From: Thermoproteota archaeon
GTDB taxonomy: Archaea; Asgardarchaeota; Njordarchaeia; Njordarchaeales; Panguiarchaeaceae
DNA: 64,000 nucleotides
Direction of reading: 5' to 3'
NCBI GenBank assembly: GCA_024720975.1
Contig: JANJXX010000002.1
Coordinates: 136,046-200,045 of the forward strand
Positions 21,571 to 32,513 of the stretch are shown here, piece after piece. Position numbers and translations under genes: made by a program. Numbering within the stretch: the first letter of the stretch is position 1; each line of letters begins with the position of its first letter. A model generated the notes under the pieces. It saw only the letters and a program-made list of their open reading frames with translations. It had not been told where the DNA came from and did not search any database.

Positions 21571-22848
21571 ATGTCTAGAGTAGCAATCTTTGTAAGTGGC
21601 TGCTCAATGAATCAGGCCCTGGGGGAAATTATTAAGTCTCTATATCGCGATATGCTCGTTGATAGCATACAAGAGGCTGATGTGATTATCCTTAACTTGT
21701 GTGCAGTGAAAAAACCAACTGAAGATAGGGGCATATCTCTTGCACGCAAGCTAATTAGGTCGCAAAAGAAAGTTATAATTACAGGATGTCTTGCAGAATC
21801 TGATCCAATTCGCATTAGTAAGTTAGTAAGAGGAGCGCATTTAATAAGTCTTCAGCATCTGCTTGAATTGCCGCCGGAGGAGTTTATATGCAGAATCAAG
21901 GAGGCAGAGAAACCTATAATAAGTACTGGTCTGAGACTTAACATATGCTACCCATCAAAACGTATCCTTAGGAATCCCTTGGTGGGCATAGTTCCCATAG
22001 CGTTCGGGTGTACTAATTACTGTACGTATTGCTTAGACAAGCGAATATGGGGCTCCACAAAGAGTATACCTCCTCACATGCTGATTGACGAAGTAAGGAA
22101 TCTACTTAGAAAAGGCGTTAGGGAGATCAGAATAACAGCGCATGACGTGGCAGCTTATGGGATTGATATAGGCACAAATCTAGTAGAGTTGTTAGAGAAC
22201 ATCCTAAAGTTTGAAGATGAGTTTATGATACGCATCGGAATGGCATCACCGAATACCTTTAGCCAAATTGCTGATGATCTTCTTTCGCTCATGAAAGATG
22301 AGGAGCGAATATATAAGTTTATCCACATACCCGTCCAGTCGGGTTCCGATAGAATCCTAAGGCTTATGAATAGACCATATACAATCGAAGAATACGTAGA
22401 GCTCTTCATGAAAATTAGAAAATTTTTAGGCTCAGAATCTACAATAGCAACCGACGTAATAGTAGCATTTCCAACAGAAAGCGAAGATGATCATAAGGCA
22501 ACGATACGCCTTCTCGAAGAACTTAAGCCTGATATTACAAATCTCTCTCGCTATGGAGATAGGCCAGGTTGTATGTCGTCAAAAATTAAACCTAAGATCC
22601 ACAGTGCGGTAGCAAAGCGGCGATCTATTGAGTTGTTTCAAGTTATCAGGAGAATCTCGATGGAACAAAATAAGAAATTTATAGGCAGAACTCTAAGGGT
22701 GTTATTTTTAGAAAGGCGTGGTGCCTTTCTTGGCAGAGCCTTCAATAATAGGATAGTATATGTGCAAGACATTGTTGATCTAGGAAACTTCTATTCAGCA
22801 AAAATCACAAGAGCCACTTGGAAATCGCTATATGGACGCGTCGAGTAA
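21571..22848 (+). CDS. tRNA methylthiotransferase (MiaB-like/e-MtaB), radical SAM + TRAM
   Basis: GCSMN, LCAVK, GCLAE, CTNYCTYC, HIPVQSGSD, TDVIVAFPTE. Confidence 0.9.
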   Translation: MSRVAIFVSGCSMNQALGEIIKSLYRDMLVDSIQEADVIILNLCAVKKPTEDRGISLARKLIRSQKKVIITGCLAESDPIRISKLVRGAHLISLQHLLELPPEEFICRIKEAEKPIISTGLRLNICYPSKRILRNPLVGIVPIAFGCTNYCTYCLDKRIWGSTKSIPPHMLIDEVRNLLRKGVREIRITAHDVAAYGIDIGTNLVELLENILKFEDEFMIRIGMASPNTFSQIADDLLSLMKDEERIYKFIHIPVQSGSDRILRLMNRPYTIEEYVELFMKIRKFLGSESTIATDVIVAFPTESEDDHKATIRLLEELKPDITNLSRYGDRPGCMSSKIKPKIHSAVAKRRSIELFQVIRRISMEQNKKFIGRTLRVLFLERRGAFLGRAFNNRIVYVQDIVDLGNFYSAKITRATWKSLYGRVE

Positions 22849-22914
22849 TTTCACTGGTGTGGTTTTTAAATTAGAGCTGAGTTTTATCCCTGTCATTAAT
22901 ATAGGATTCTAGAG

Positions 22915-24855
22915 TTAGTCTTCTGGCACCAGAAGCCATGGAATTTCGCAAATGCTGTCTACGAAAAATAGCTTTGTTGGTATGCCTGTAGATAAATCTA
23001 TTTTCAGTTTGCCCACTAAGCATAGTTCCTTGCCGAGAAGTTTCTGCAAAAGGAGTTGAGTATCGATCGTATTGGAGGTAATCCCAAGTTTTTTCAGCTC
23101 TGATATGGGTACTATTCCAGTTTTCTCAGAGAAACCATCATCAATAGTTATTGAAGCAACATTTTTTTCATCAACATACCCAGAATGGCCCATCTCACAA
23201 ATTTGCTTAGCTGGATTAATTATTAAGCCACCACACTTTTTGCAAAACTGCATCTTTCCGATCCACTCGATTCCTGTTACTGTTCCAATAATGCGAGATT
23301 GCTTGCCGAGGCTTAGATCATCGAGTGTCTTAACTCTCTCTACTTGATTACTAGAAGGTGCTCTTGCATATTCAAATTCTCTTGCGATTACATCAAATTG
23401 TGTGGATGGTGTTGATAGCAATACCAACGTGTCTTCATCCCCTTTAGATCGCTCAACACGCACGTTTGTTATCTTCACCAGTGCATTTAAATAGTCCTTA
23501 GCATGTTTGAAGTTCTCTGAGTCCCATACCAGCATCTTCAATGTCTTAGTTCCATCTGTTAATTTTAAAACCCCATAAAGTTTTCTGCTCTTAACTTCCT
23601 CAGCGCCAACAATTTTGCATATTACGTTTACGTAGGTATTTTGACTAATTGCATGAAAGCTTGTAACTACTGGTCGAGCTACAAGCAGTTTTGGCGTACC
23701 TTCGTCACTGGCAATCTCCAGGTAGCCACTGCTCCTATGTACATGTATTTTTAGTTGATCGCCGGAGAACTCCAGCATACCGAATATTGTTAATCTATCC
23801 TCAGCTCGTATCCTAGCTAGATCTTCCAAAAAATTCTCATTCCAGACAAGTACCCTTACTCTAGTGCCGTCTTGCAAATTACCAACGAGAATAGCATATC
23901 TACCAGTTTGGCCATTTTTCTCATATGTACCGAATCTAGGAGGGCTTCTTATAACTAGAGAGTACTTCCACCAACCGCGATCTCCAACTACTTCCGGAGG
24001 AACAAATTCAGGGTCCCTTCTATTAAATACCGTAAGATTTCTAGCAATAATGCGCCGAGTATTTTCAAATTTGCGAGTGAACAAACAGTGGGCTTCGATT
24101 ATATCTCCAGGCTTTGCATGTATTTTTGTGAATTCGTCGGTTGCATTACCATAGAGTGTGCAGCGCACCTTAGTTTTACAAAAATCATTTAAACTCCCAA
24201 GTAGGATTTTTTTACCTTGTTTTGGGTGTTTTTCCTCGGCTTCACCCATGTATATAGCTATCACATGTAGATAACTTCTGTCGGCTATATCTTTTCTAAG
24301 AATATCTTGTATGTCATAGAGTCTTATCGCTGGGAGTTTGTAGTTGAGTAACTCTTCTGCAGCTCTAGCATCAATAAGATGTATTGAGCTATATTTGCTG
24401 ACAATAAGCCTCGGCTGGCCGTTTGGCAATATTCCTGAACACTTTACATTCTCTAGGATTATAGCTGAACCTATATGTATACTAGGCAATAGATTCACGT
24501 CGGGAAAGCTTTTTAGAATATACGCCTGAGCCGTCCCGGAATCATCGGTTAGTAGGATTAATGCCAGGCGTGAACCTTGCATGAAAAATCTTATCGATTC
24601 TACGATACCCAGAACAGAAATTCCGCGTGCTCCACTTTTTATGTGTTTTATTTTATTAAGGGTTCGGCGAATCTTCAGCAGCTTAATTAAATCCGCTACT
24701 CTATCTGCTAGATTGTATTGGGATATAATTTCAAGTATAGCGATATCATCATCAACGCGATACCTACTTTTTATCTCTTCAATAAGGCTCTTTATTTCAT
24801 CTCTTCTTTTTCCTAGAATGATACTCAGTTGATCAAGTATCTTTTCAATTAACAT
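22915..24855 (-). CDS. Replication protein A-like multi-OB-fold ssDNA-binding protein
   Basis: Repeated L.D.TG/DGT...lvW OB-fold patterns, C-terminal CKKC...CEMGH zinc site and IDDG. Confidence 0.75.
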   Translation of the reverse strand: MLIEKILDQLSIILGKRRDEIKSLIEEIKSRYRVDDDIAILEIISQYNLADRVADLIKLLKIRRTLNKIKHIKSGARGISVLGIVESIRFFMQGSRLALILLTDDSGTAQAYILKSFPDVNLLPSIHIGSAIILENVKCSGILPNGQPRLIVSKYSSIHLIDARAAEELLNYKLPAIRLYDIQDILRKDIADRSYLHVIAIYMGEAEEKHPKQGKKILLGSLNDFCKTKVRCTLYGNATDEFTKIHAKPGDIIEAHCLFTRKFENTRRIIARNLTVFNRRDPEFVPPEVVGDRGWWKYSLVIRSPPRFGTYEKNGQTGRYAILVGNLQDGTRVRVLVWNENFLEDLARIRAEDRLTIFGMLEFSGDQLKIHVHRSSGYLEIASDEGTPKLLVARPVVTSFHAISQNTYVNVICKIVGAEEVKSRKLYGVLKLTDGTKTLKMLVWDSENFKHAKDYLNALVKITNVRVERSKGDEDTLVLLSTPSTQFDVIAREFEYARAPSSNQVERVKTLDDLSLGKQSRIIGTVTGIEWIGKMQFCKKCGGLIINPAKQICEMGHSGYVDEKNVASITIDDGFSEKTGIVPISELKKLGITSNTIDTQLLLQKLLGKELCLVGKLKIDLSTGIPTKLFFVDSICEIPWLLVPED

Positions 24856-25518
24856 TTGATTAACCTTATCTCGGTGGTAGTTATGAGTGATAGCTCATTT
24901 GAGGAGTCATTGGAACACACTGATCTTAATGTAAAGTGTCCCTTATGTGGATTATCATCGCTTAGGATCTTTTATAGATCAGTGGATGTGCCTTACATAG
25001 GAGCAATGCTTGTATCTACAATTATCTGTAACAATTGTGGATTTAAGGTATCAGATTTTTGGATGATATTCGAGGAGGGCAAGTACGAAGATTATCAAAG
25101 TGTTAGGGTGACGCAATCAACGATGGGGGATTTGGTCTGTGCAAGTACCGGCTCAAAGATCATCATACCTGAGATTGACACTGAAATTCAAGTAATCACT
25201 TTTGATGCTCAACACATAACAACGATAGAGGGAGTTCTTCGAGAGCTCAAGACTTATGTTGAGGCGATGCTTGATACGGCGGAGGATAAAACCAAAGCTA
25301 AAAAAATACTCGACGTGCTAAACGAGGAATTGGAAAATCCATCTGGTAGACTTACTTTGATGTTAAGTGATCCTAAAAAGCACAGTGCTGTTATACCAAG
25401 AGAATATTGGGTTAGGCGCGTCGAGCAGGAGAGAAAATTCCCCAAGAGCTTTCTAGATGCTGTTGCTGGGAGTATCATTGAAAAATGGAAGAGTGTACTA
25501 AAAAATTTCAACCCTTAA
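24856..25518 (+). CDS. ZPR1-type zinc finger protein
   Basis: CPLCG...VPYIG...CNNCGFK, IPEI, ITTIEGVL, DP..HS. Start probably ATG at 24883. Confidence 0.88.
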   Translation: MINLISVVVMSDSSFEESLEHTDLNVKCPLCGLSSLRIFYRSVDVPYIGAMLVSTIICNNCGFKVSDFWMIFEEGKYEDYQSVRVTQSTMGDLVCASTGSKIIIPEIDTEIQVITFDAQHITTIEGVLRELKTYVEAMLDTAEDKTKAKKILDVLNEELENPSGRLTLMLSDPKKHSAVIPREYWVRRVEQERKFPKSFLDAVAGSIIEKWKSVLKNFNP

Positions 25519-26317
25519 TAAGAGTTTGTCTAGTTTTTTCCAGGCGAATTACGTCAGTGAGAATTATTACTAGCGTAAATAGAGTAATAATCAGGAGGAG
25601 TTGAGCATATATATTATTTTGAAATATCATGATCCCTTGACTTAATGCAAAGTATGCTACTGCGAAAAACATCAGCGATAATAACAAAGCTACGTAGAAA
25701 GCTTTCGGTGCATCTACTGTACGTATAAAAAGCTCATGTGTGAGTTTGGAAAGTGATCTTCTGGCATTTAAGATGAGCTTAGTAAGTTGCTCGGTTTCAC
25801 TTGAGGGTATTCTTCTTGCAATTTGACTCATTTGGTCTTCCATACGATCGATGTGCTCTCTGTGTTCTTCAGTAATCTTAATGTAGATTCTCGATATAAA
25901 AGCTCCAGAGTAGAATATTATAGTCGCCAGTATGAAGAGGATTAGCGTTGAAAACGCTAAGGGTTCTACGTATGGTGCTAAGTTTGATGCAGTAATTCGC
26001 TTAGTAACCAATAATACGTACCCAAAAGATGCAAATATTAAAATCCAACTCAGAAATAGACGGGTCACGTATATTATAAACTGTCGTAGGCCGAAAATTA
26101 TGAGTCCAGTGAAGAGTATCCCCATAGAAAGCGCCACGAAGGTTGCTTTTTCCACTGTTTGAATCCACTGAGGATTTATTACTTCGAAGGCTTCTAACCA
26201 TATTAGGACTCCGGCGCATACTTGTGATATCAGAGCAAATAATGCAAATACGTGAGCAGCGCCAGATGTTCTAAATTTTCCGAGTGCCTTAGAAACTCGT
26301 GATGGCATCCTAGGCAC
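25508..26317 (-). CDS. Hypothetical membrane protein (about 6 TM segments with a cytoplasmic helical insert)
   Basis: Hydrophobic segments; no family motif recognised. Confidence 0.7.
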   Translation of the reverse strand: MPRMPSRVSKALGKFRTSGAAHVFALFALISQVCAGVLIWLEAFEVINPQWIQTVEKATFVALSMGILFTGLIIFGLRQFIIYVTRLFLSWILIFASFGYVLLVTKRITASNLAPYVEPLAFSTLILFILATIIFYSGAFISRIYIKITEEHREHIDRMEDQMSQIARRIPSSETEQLTKLILNARRSLSKLTHELFIRTVDAPKAFYVALLLSLMFFAVAYFALSQGIMIFQNNIYAQLLLIITLFTLVIILTDVIRLEKTRQTLIKG

Positions 26318-26557
26318 CTATTTAGTATCAAACAGAAAGATGTACTATAATTAGAATTAAAGGGAAGAATCAGAAAGCATAAACGGTTATAGGTGAACTA
26401 AGGTTAAAATTGAGCACAGAGAAGTTGTTCATCGGTTCCCTCGGATGCGTGGACTTTATAACTACATAATTCCCGTGGTAATTAGGAGGAGTTATTCTCT
26501 ATGAGCTGCTGGGCACATAGATGATCCCAAGAGGGCTTAATTAGCTGAGCAGTTCTG

Positions 26558-29224
26558 TTAGTGTTGTTCAAAAGCACCTTGATTCTGCGAACCCGCCTGG
26601 TCAACTAAACTCTTCATTCGCTCATACATTGCAATAATGAAGCGCTCTCTGTCTTCCATAGTAAGTACGTCACTTAACACCGCTAAGACGATCCCTTGTG
26701 CAAAGGGGCTTAATATTCGCGGATTCTTCTCAACAATTTTTACTTCTATTTCTCCAGTCTTCACCTTACTTAAAATTTCCTCTGCACCTCTAGCATCCAT
26801 GTAATCATCGAGGATTTCTCGGTAGGTCTCCTTTATTACAGGAAAATCATCTGGTAACAGTGGCACTAAGGCATTGACTCTTATCCTTTGTTTTTTCACG
26901 GAAATATTTGTTCCCCTGTAGTTTCTTAGTATCATAAACGATCTATTAGCAACATGTCTAAATCTGTTGGCGAACAGTTCAGTGTTCTTTATCGCTTTAC
27001 GTAATGTGTTTGCGAAGTCACGGCTAAGGCTTTCAGCTAAAATTTTTCTAGGGTCTGGTTCGAATAAAGGAGGAAAAACGAGGTCAAAGCCGTTATCCGT
27101 TACGCCTATTCCAACATTACAGCCATGGATTTCTGAGGAGATATAAGCAAAGAAACGGGATAGAGCGTCACAAATGCGTCTTCCATATCTAGCGTGGAAG
27201 ATCATGTGATGTCTTCCACTTTCGTCAACCCATGTTTCGATAAGAATCCTCCTGTGATTAGGTATGCAACCTGTGACTTCTATTTGATCTTTAAAGTAAC
27301 GTAATATGTTATTGGCGATTTTCTCATCGGCGCCATATTCATCTATTAGCATTTTCACAACTTCATTTTCACCTGAGTTGTTAAGCAACCTTTCTACGCG
27401 CTCTTGAAATTCACCCATCTCTATGGATAGATCAAACGATCTAGGCAGTTGCTCACCAATCCATGAAGGAACTGTAGGATTTTCCTCCTTGGCTTCAGTA
27501 ACGACTATGGTGTCTGTCTTTATGGACGTAACCTTATACTTCCGGCCAGCCAAAACGAAGATATCATCAATGATAAGACGTTCAGCAAAAGGTTCGCTCA
27601 GATGTCCTACGCGAACGAAGCGACCATTTTTCTTAAGGAGTACTTGATATTTAGTTTCATCAGGTATTGTTCCTTGATTTAAATAAAATATTACTCTAGA
27701 GCCGCGTTTTCTTCCGAAAGTTTTCTCCTGGTCATCTAGCCACAGTTTACGATAGACCTTCTGATACTCCAAGTCAACATGCTTTCCAGCCAGGTAGTTA
27801 AGAACGGCTATGAAATCTTCAAATGGTAGTTCATGAAAATTGTAAGAGCCTCTAACGACTTTATAGGCCTCATCTACATTCCACCGCTTTTCGATGCTCA
27901 TAGCCACAAGTTGCTGGGCCAATACATCAAGACAGTTCTTAGGTATAGAGACTCTATCCAATTTTCCTTTATATGCGCATGCGCTTAAAACGAGTAACTC
28001 GATTAAATCATCCTCATCAAGAGCCACAAATATACCTCTTGAAATCTTGTGTATTGCATGTCCAGCGCGACCTATGCGTTGCAATCCTTTTATAACAGAT
28101 TTCGGCGACCCAATCTGTACTACAAGATCAACGTAACCTATATCTATGCCTAATTCAAGTGAGGTTGACGTGACCACAGCACGTAATTTGCCATCCTTCA
28201 ATGAATTCTCCACGTCTAGTCGAATCTCCCTTCCTAGTGAGGAATGATGAACCCCAATTTTGGATTCCCAGCGCTTTCCCATGATCTTCTTAAGCTTATA
28301 GGCTAAAGCCTCTGCGCCAGCTCTGGTGTTCGTGAATATTATCGTCGTTCGGTGTCTCTTAACGAGATCTTTTAGAATTTCATACATTTTCTGTGAAGCA
28401 GCTTCCTTATGTTTGAGATCATCGGTAGGGCATATAACTTTTAAATCTAGTTGCTTGATGTTTAGAACTTGGATGATGTCGCAGGGTCTTGGGAAACCAT
28501 TCTCATCGAAGCCAACAAGCCATTTGGCGATTTCCGTTACAGGGGCCTGAGTGGCAGATAAACCAATCCTAGTAAAGTCCCCCGCGAAGTGCTGTAAACG
28601 CTCTAGTGATAACGAGAGGTGTGCCCCGCGTTTGCTATCTGATAATTCATGAACTTCGTCGACAATGACCCACGAGACGTCATATAATAAATACCTAAAT
28701 TTAGGAGCAATCATCATATTTGCCAAACTTTCAGGAGTTGTAATGATTATATGAGGTGGATACTTTAGCATTTTAGAGCGATGATGACTAGGAGTATCCC
28801 CGTGGCGTATAAGTATTCTTATTTCAGGTAGTTCATAACCCAGCTTTTCAGCGGTTTTTCTTATACCTTGCATAGGTATCTGAAGGTTTTTATGGATATC
28901 ATTGCTCAAGGCGCGTAATGGGGATATATAGATGCAATATACCTTGTCATCAAGTTTATTATCCTCAGCTAACCGAAATAACTCATCTAGAATTCCTAAG
29001 AATGCAGCAAGAGTCTTACCTGAACCCGTTGGCGAGAATATCAAGGTTGAGCGTCGTGCTTTAATTCTAGGAATAGCATATTTTTGAGGCTCCAGAAACT
29101 TGCCAAATGTTGTTCTAAACCACTCTTGAGTATATGTTCTCAATAATTTAAAAACTTCTTCATCCCTCGGGGGAGGATCCTTCACAATGTTAATTCGTCC
29201 GAGGATCTCAGTCACAAATTCCAC
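26558..29224 (-). CDS. lhr: Lhr-core ATP-dependent helicase
   Basis: SPTGSGKT, SPLRALSND, TTPES, DEVH, GLSAT, HHSSL, SLELGIDIG, QRIGRAGH, PSWIGE. Confidence 0.94.
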   Translation of the reverse strand: MEFVTEILGRINIVKDPPPRDEEVFKLLRTYTQEWFRTTFGKFLEPQKYAIPRIKARRSTLIFSPTGSGKTLAAFLGILDELFRLAEDNKLDDKVYCIYISPLRALSNDIHKNLQIPMQGIRKTAEKLGYELPEIRILIRHGDTPSHHRSKMLKYPPHIIITTPESLANMMIAPKFRYLLYDVSWVIVDEVHELSDSKRGAHLSLSLERLQHFAGDFTRIGLSATQAPVTEIAKWLVGFDENGFPRPCDIIQVLNIKQLDLKVICPTDDLKHKEAASQKMYEILKDLVKRHRTTIIFTNTRAGAEALAYKLKKIMGKRWESKIGVHHSSLGREIRLDVENSLKDGKLRAVVTSTSLELGIDIGYVDLVVQIGSPKSVIKGLQRIGRAGHAIHKISRGIFVALDEDDLIELLVLSACAYKGKLDRVSIPKNCLDVLAQQLVAMSIEKRWNVDEAYKVVRGSYNFHELPFEDFIAVLNYLAGKHVDLEYQKVYRKLWLDDQEKTFGRKRGSRVIFYLNQGTIPDETKYQVLLKKNGRFVRVGHLSEPFAERLIIDDIFVLAGRKYKVTSIKTDTIVVTEAKEENPTVPSWIGEQLPRSFDLSIEMGEFQERVERLLNNSGENEVVKMLIDEYGADEKIANNILRYFKDQIEVTGCIPNHRRILIETWVDESGRHHMIFHARYGRRICDALSRFFAYISSEIHGCNVGIGVTDNGFDLVFPPLFEPDPRKILAESLSRDFANTLRKAIKNTELFANRFRHVANRSFMILRNYRGTNISVKKQRIRVNALVPLLPDDFPVIKETYREILDDYMDARGAEEILSKVKTGEIEVKIVEKNPRILSPFAQGIVLAVLSDVLTMEDRERFIIAMYERMKSLVDQAGSQNQGAFEQH

Positions 29225-29443
29225 CCGATGTTATGTGAGTCTATCATGTAATGATTTGTTTTAAAGCTTTGGCACTCAGCAAGAGTAAATCCAAAGTAGA
29301 GTGAGAAATTTCAACATGGTGGGGACATATAAAACCTTCCAGTATTCCGATTTGAAAAATTGATGTCTCACTAGTAAGCTTAGCTGAACGATAGGTATAG
29401 AAAGAGAAAAAAGATCCAAGAAAGCAGCTAATATGTAATGTTC

Positions 29444-31321
29444 TTATTCTTCGTAAAGTAGCTTCAAATCCTTGACTCTAGCTTCGGGTGATCGAGCTTT
29501 AACTTCATAGGTAATTGTCTTTCTCTCGCCTGGTTTGAGGCTGATTTCCCATCGACAGAGCACAGCTCCCTCAGGGGTAACTTCTATCGACTTGGGCTTG
29601 GGATTGGCCGACCGCTCATCAAACTCAAAGGTTGTTGGGACTCTATCTGTAATTACATGTATTGGGATTGAAATTTGGGACTCGTTGGTCAATGATAGCA
29701 TTACTTTAAATCGACCTTCCTCGAGTGGTTCAACGTCTTTCTCGACTGTAATTAAGCGTCTAGCTAAGATTCCGGTAAGTTTAGGTGGTTCTTTGACAGA
29801 TATTAATCGTGCTTTTGCACCAGGTATCATTGTTATTTCTGCAGATGATCCGAACTCATAAACTTTATCCTCTTTAGGATCGATTGAAGTTGTTGTGTAT
29901 CTTATCCAGATTTTCTCGCCGGGGTTTAAGGGTTCGTCGAAGTAATAACTTATGTTCGAGATTTTAATAACTAGAGTATTTTGCTCCTCTGGTAAAGATC
30001 CCTCGGGCTCGATCTTGATTTCTATAAGTTCTGGAGGTAATCTCGTCTCACCACGCTTCGAAATGAATACTTGAACGTTGCCTGGAGTGGGTGGTGCGAT
30101 ATCCTCTGGGATTATGTCGCGTACAATTATTTCATCTATTCCTGCAGATCCTAAGTTTTCAATTACAGTTTCGCTTTCAATTTTTTCCTCGGCGTGAGCT
30201 GCTATTTGATTCTCAGCAAGTCCAGCGTAGTATTCTTCATGCTTAACTGAGATTTTCCTGGAGATTTCGCCCCAAACGACCGGAATCTTGATGTCACCAA
30301 TTTCTCCTCTGGCTTTGATTGAGTATCTTACGATTGGATGTATTTCGTAGTGAAACTCTTGAACGACTTTTGGTTTCGCAGGATTTCTTATTGTTACTGG
30401 ACCGAGGGTAGCAGTTTGACCAGGTTCGACTCTCACCGGGGCTAGTTTAACGATGTCGAAGATTCGGATTCCGGGCGCTCGCCGTTCAATTGATCCCTTT
30501 ATTTTGTGTCCTCCCTCGGCTTCAGTTAGTACTTCTCCCTCGCGAATTTCGATAGTTGCGCCGACACTAATTGGAGCATGGGATGCATTTGTTATTACCA
30601 TTGATATATCCCATATGCCGGGAGTTTCTTTCCTTTCTTCGGACAAAATTCGTTCTGTTACTTTCGGAAGTCCGGTTAATTTGCCGAATCTAAGCCCACT
30701 TAGTGTTGTTCCTTCGCAGGTCCACTCATAGGTTATTTTTCCGGTGTTAAAGGCCTCAATGTCTTCTGGGTGCATCTTTAAGTTTACGGGCAACTCAACT
30801 TTTTCTCCAGCGTTAATTTTTGCGTCCCTCCAAACAATTGCATCTTCCATAGTGATATATTCACCGGAGGGGGGTGTGACTTCAGTAGGAGCTTTAAACT
30901 GCTTATGTAGTTCTTTCTTAACAGTCAGAAGAGCGGGAGCATCAAGCTCATTCGTAGCTCCTAGAGTGGACTGGATTTCTATAGGTTCGCACCTCAGAGC
31001 AAATGGTGATGGAATTTCAGGCGGAAACGTTAAGTTCTCTATTACAGAAAGTCCCAATTTCTCTGTAGTTATATTGTATTCAATGGTTTTTGTGTCTCCA
31101 TCGCGAATGGATCCCAAGAAAAGCTCCTTCTCAATGTTAACATTTTCAGTATTTTGTAGTGTAAGTTGCAGGTCTGAGATTGCACCTCCTGTTAGATTTC
31201 TTATGATTATCTTTCCTTTGCTAGTTACTTCAGGATTTTTTAGGCCATAGCCAGCTTTTACTTCCTGTTCTTCTATGAATTCTATAATGAGTCCTTTTTC
31301 CTCTGCAGCCATCAGCAACAC
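29444..31321 (-). CDS. Acidic cytoplasmic protein of tandem beta-sandwich (Ig/DUF11-like) modules
   Basis: Repeated I.N....I....D.IP and W...L.PGE...I.Y patterns; no signal peptide or TM. Start probably ATG at 31312. Confidence 0.7.
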   Translation of the reverse strand: MLLMAAEEKGLIIEFIEEQEVKAGYGLKNPEVTSKGKIIIRNLTGGAISDLQLTLQNTENVNIEKELFLGSIRDGDTKTIEYNITTEKLGLSVIENLTFPPEIPSPFALRCEPIEIQSTLGATNELDAPALLTVKKELHKQFKAPTEVTPPSGEYITMEDAIVWRDAKINAGEKVELPVNLKMHPEDIEAFNTGKITYEWTCEGTTLSGLRFGKLTGLPKVTERILSEERKETPGIWDISMVITNASHAPISVGATIEIREGEVLTEAEGGHKIKGSIERRAPGIRIFDIVKLAPVRVEPGQTATLGPVTIRNPAKPKVVQEFHYEIHPIVRYSIKARGEIGDIKIPVVWGEISRKISVKHEEYYAGLAENQIAAHAEEKIESETVIENLGSAGIDEIIVRDIIPEDIAPPTPGNVQVFISKRGETRLPPELIEIKIEPEGSLPEEQNTLVIKISNISYYFDEPLNPGEKIWIRYTTTSIDPKEDKVYEFGSSAEITMIPGAKARLISVKEPPKLTGILARRLITVEKDVEPLEEGRFKVMLSLTNESQISIPIHVITDRVPTTFEFDERSANPKPKSIEVTPEGAVLCRWEISLKPGERKTITYEVKARSPEARVKDLKLLYEE

Positions 31322-31469
31322 CTAGCGTTTGTTTTTCCATAAAATCGCATATATACTAAAAACTTAGTCGCATTGTAACCAAACATTATAATGTTAACTA
31401 GCTTATAAATTAGTAGGTGAGCTTGATTGTTTGATTACTAAGCTGAGCACTGATAGGTAACAAAAACCA

Positions 31470-32027
31470 TCAGAAGGAGCGCTTAATGAACGCGCTTCGT
31501 ATCTCGTTAAGGTACCTATCTAATGCTAAAGGATTTACTGTTATGGGATTTAGAGGATTTCCACAAATGGGACAACAGTAGCCATATGTCTCAACTTCTC
31601 TTTCTAAGAATAGAATTTTATCTTGCTTGCAATAATGTAGAATGGATTCGATTTCGCAAACCTCTGCTAAGCTATGTAAAAGAGCAATAATACTTGAAAT
31701 AAGTCCACTCACTGTGCGATCAATCTGAACGGGCTCTGTACCGAAAATTACCTCAACATATTGGCGCCGGTCTCGCATTTGCAGTGGTTTTTCACCAACT
31801 ATATACAATAATCCACCATTTGTTAAGGCAGAGACAACTGCACGGGCATTTAAAACCGGAAGTCCAGTGTAGATGGTAGATGAACTCTCAGATAAACTAC
31901 CTCTTGATAGGAGAACAGCAGCTATAGCCTTGCCAAAACTACCAGCTTTGAGCTCCGCTAATGTAAGGAAAAACCTTCTCAATCTATTTATTCTGCGAAG
32001 TATACTGGCTTGTTGAGATGAATCCAA
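31470..32027 (-). CDS. tfe: Transcription factor E alpha-like (wHTH + Zn ribbon), divergent
   Basis: N-terminal wHTH; YCKQD...YGYCCPICGNPL zinc ribbon typical of TFE. Confidence 0.6.
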   Translation of the reverse strand: MDSSQQASILRRINRLRRFFLTLAELKAGSFGKAIAAVLLSRGSLSESSSTIYTGLPVLNARAVVSALTNGGLLYIVGEKPLQMRDRRQYVEVIFGTEPVQIDRTVSGLISSIIALLHSLAEVCEIESILHYCKQDKILFLEREVETYGYCCPICGNPLNPITVNPLALDRYLNEIRSAFIKRSF

Positions 32028-32040
32028 AACTATCGCCGAG

Positions 32041-32370
32041 CTACGATTTTTGCCGTTCTATTTGGCAAACAACAAAGTGAACTGTTTTGGATATGGGTCG
32101 TGTCTCCCCAATATAAACTATGTCACCTACCTTTGCATTTATACAGGGCGGGTTATGGGCCTTGATTTTACTGAATCGCTTTTCGTACCTCTTGTATTTT
32201 TGGTCATATTTCACATAATCTACGCGGACAGTAACTGTTCGTTGCATTTTATCGCTTATCACGACTCCCTTTAAGATGCGCCCCCGAACTCGAATGGATC
32301 CATGAAATGGACATGTAGGATCGTCACAGACTTTATCAGGGCTCTGGAAAAGGCCAGCCAAATATATCAC
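32041..32370 (-). CDS. rps17: 30S ribosomal protein uS17
   Basis: CDDPTCPFHG.IRVRG, KYKRYEKR, AHNPPC, ETRPISKT. Confidence 0.96.
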   Translation of the reverse strand: MIYLAGLFQSPDKVCDDPTCPFHGSIRVRGRILKGVVISDKMQRTVTVRVDYVKYDQKYKRYEKRFSKIKAHNPPCINAKVGDIVYIGETRPISKTVHFVVCQIERQKS

Positions 32371-32513
32371 CAGAGAGGACTTTATAATATTAGCTCGCTA
32401 TTTAGGATTTTATTAAGTCAAAGTCTTTTTGTTTATAATTCACTTTTAATTGAGGGTTGTCGTAATTCGGAGAATATAGACAGAATTTTTTAGATCCCAA
32501 TATTCAGTAGTAT

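Noticed and set aside
26400-26550. Possible small RNA in the intergenic gap
   Set aside because: Only a partial C-box-like ATGAT and CTGA; no convincing structure
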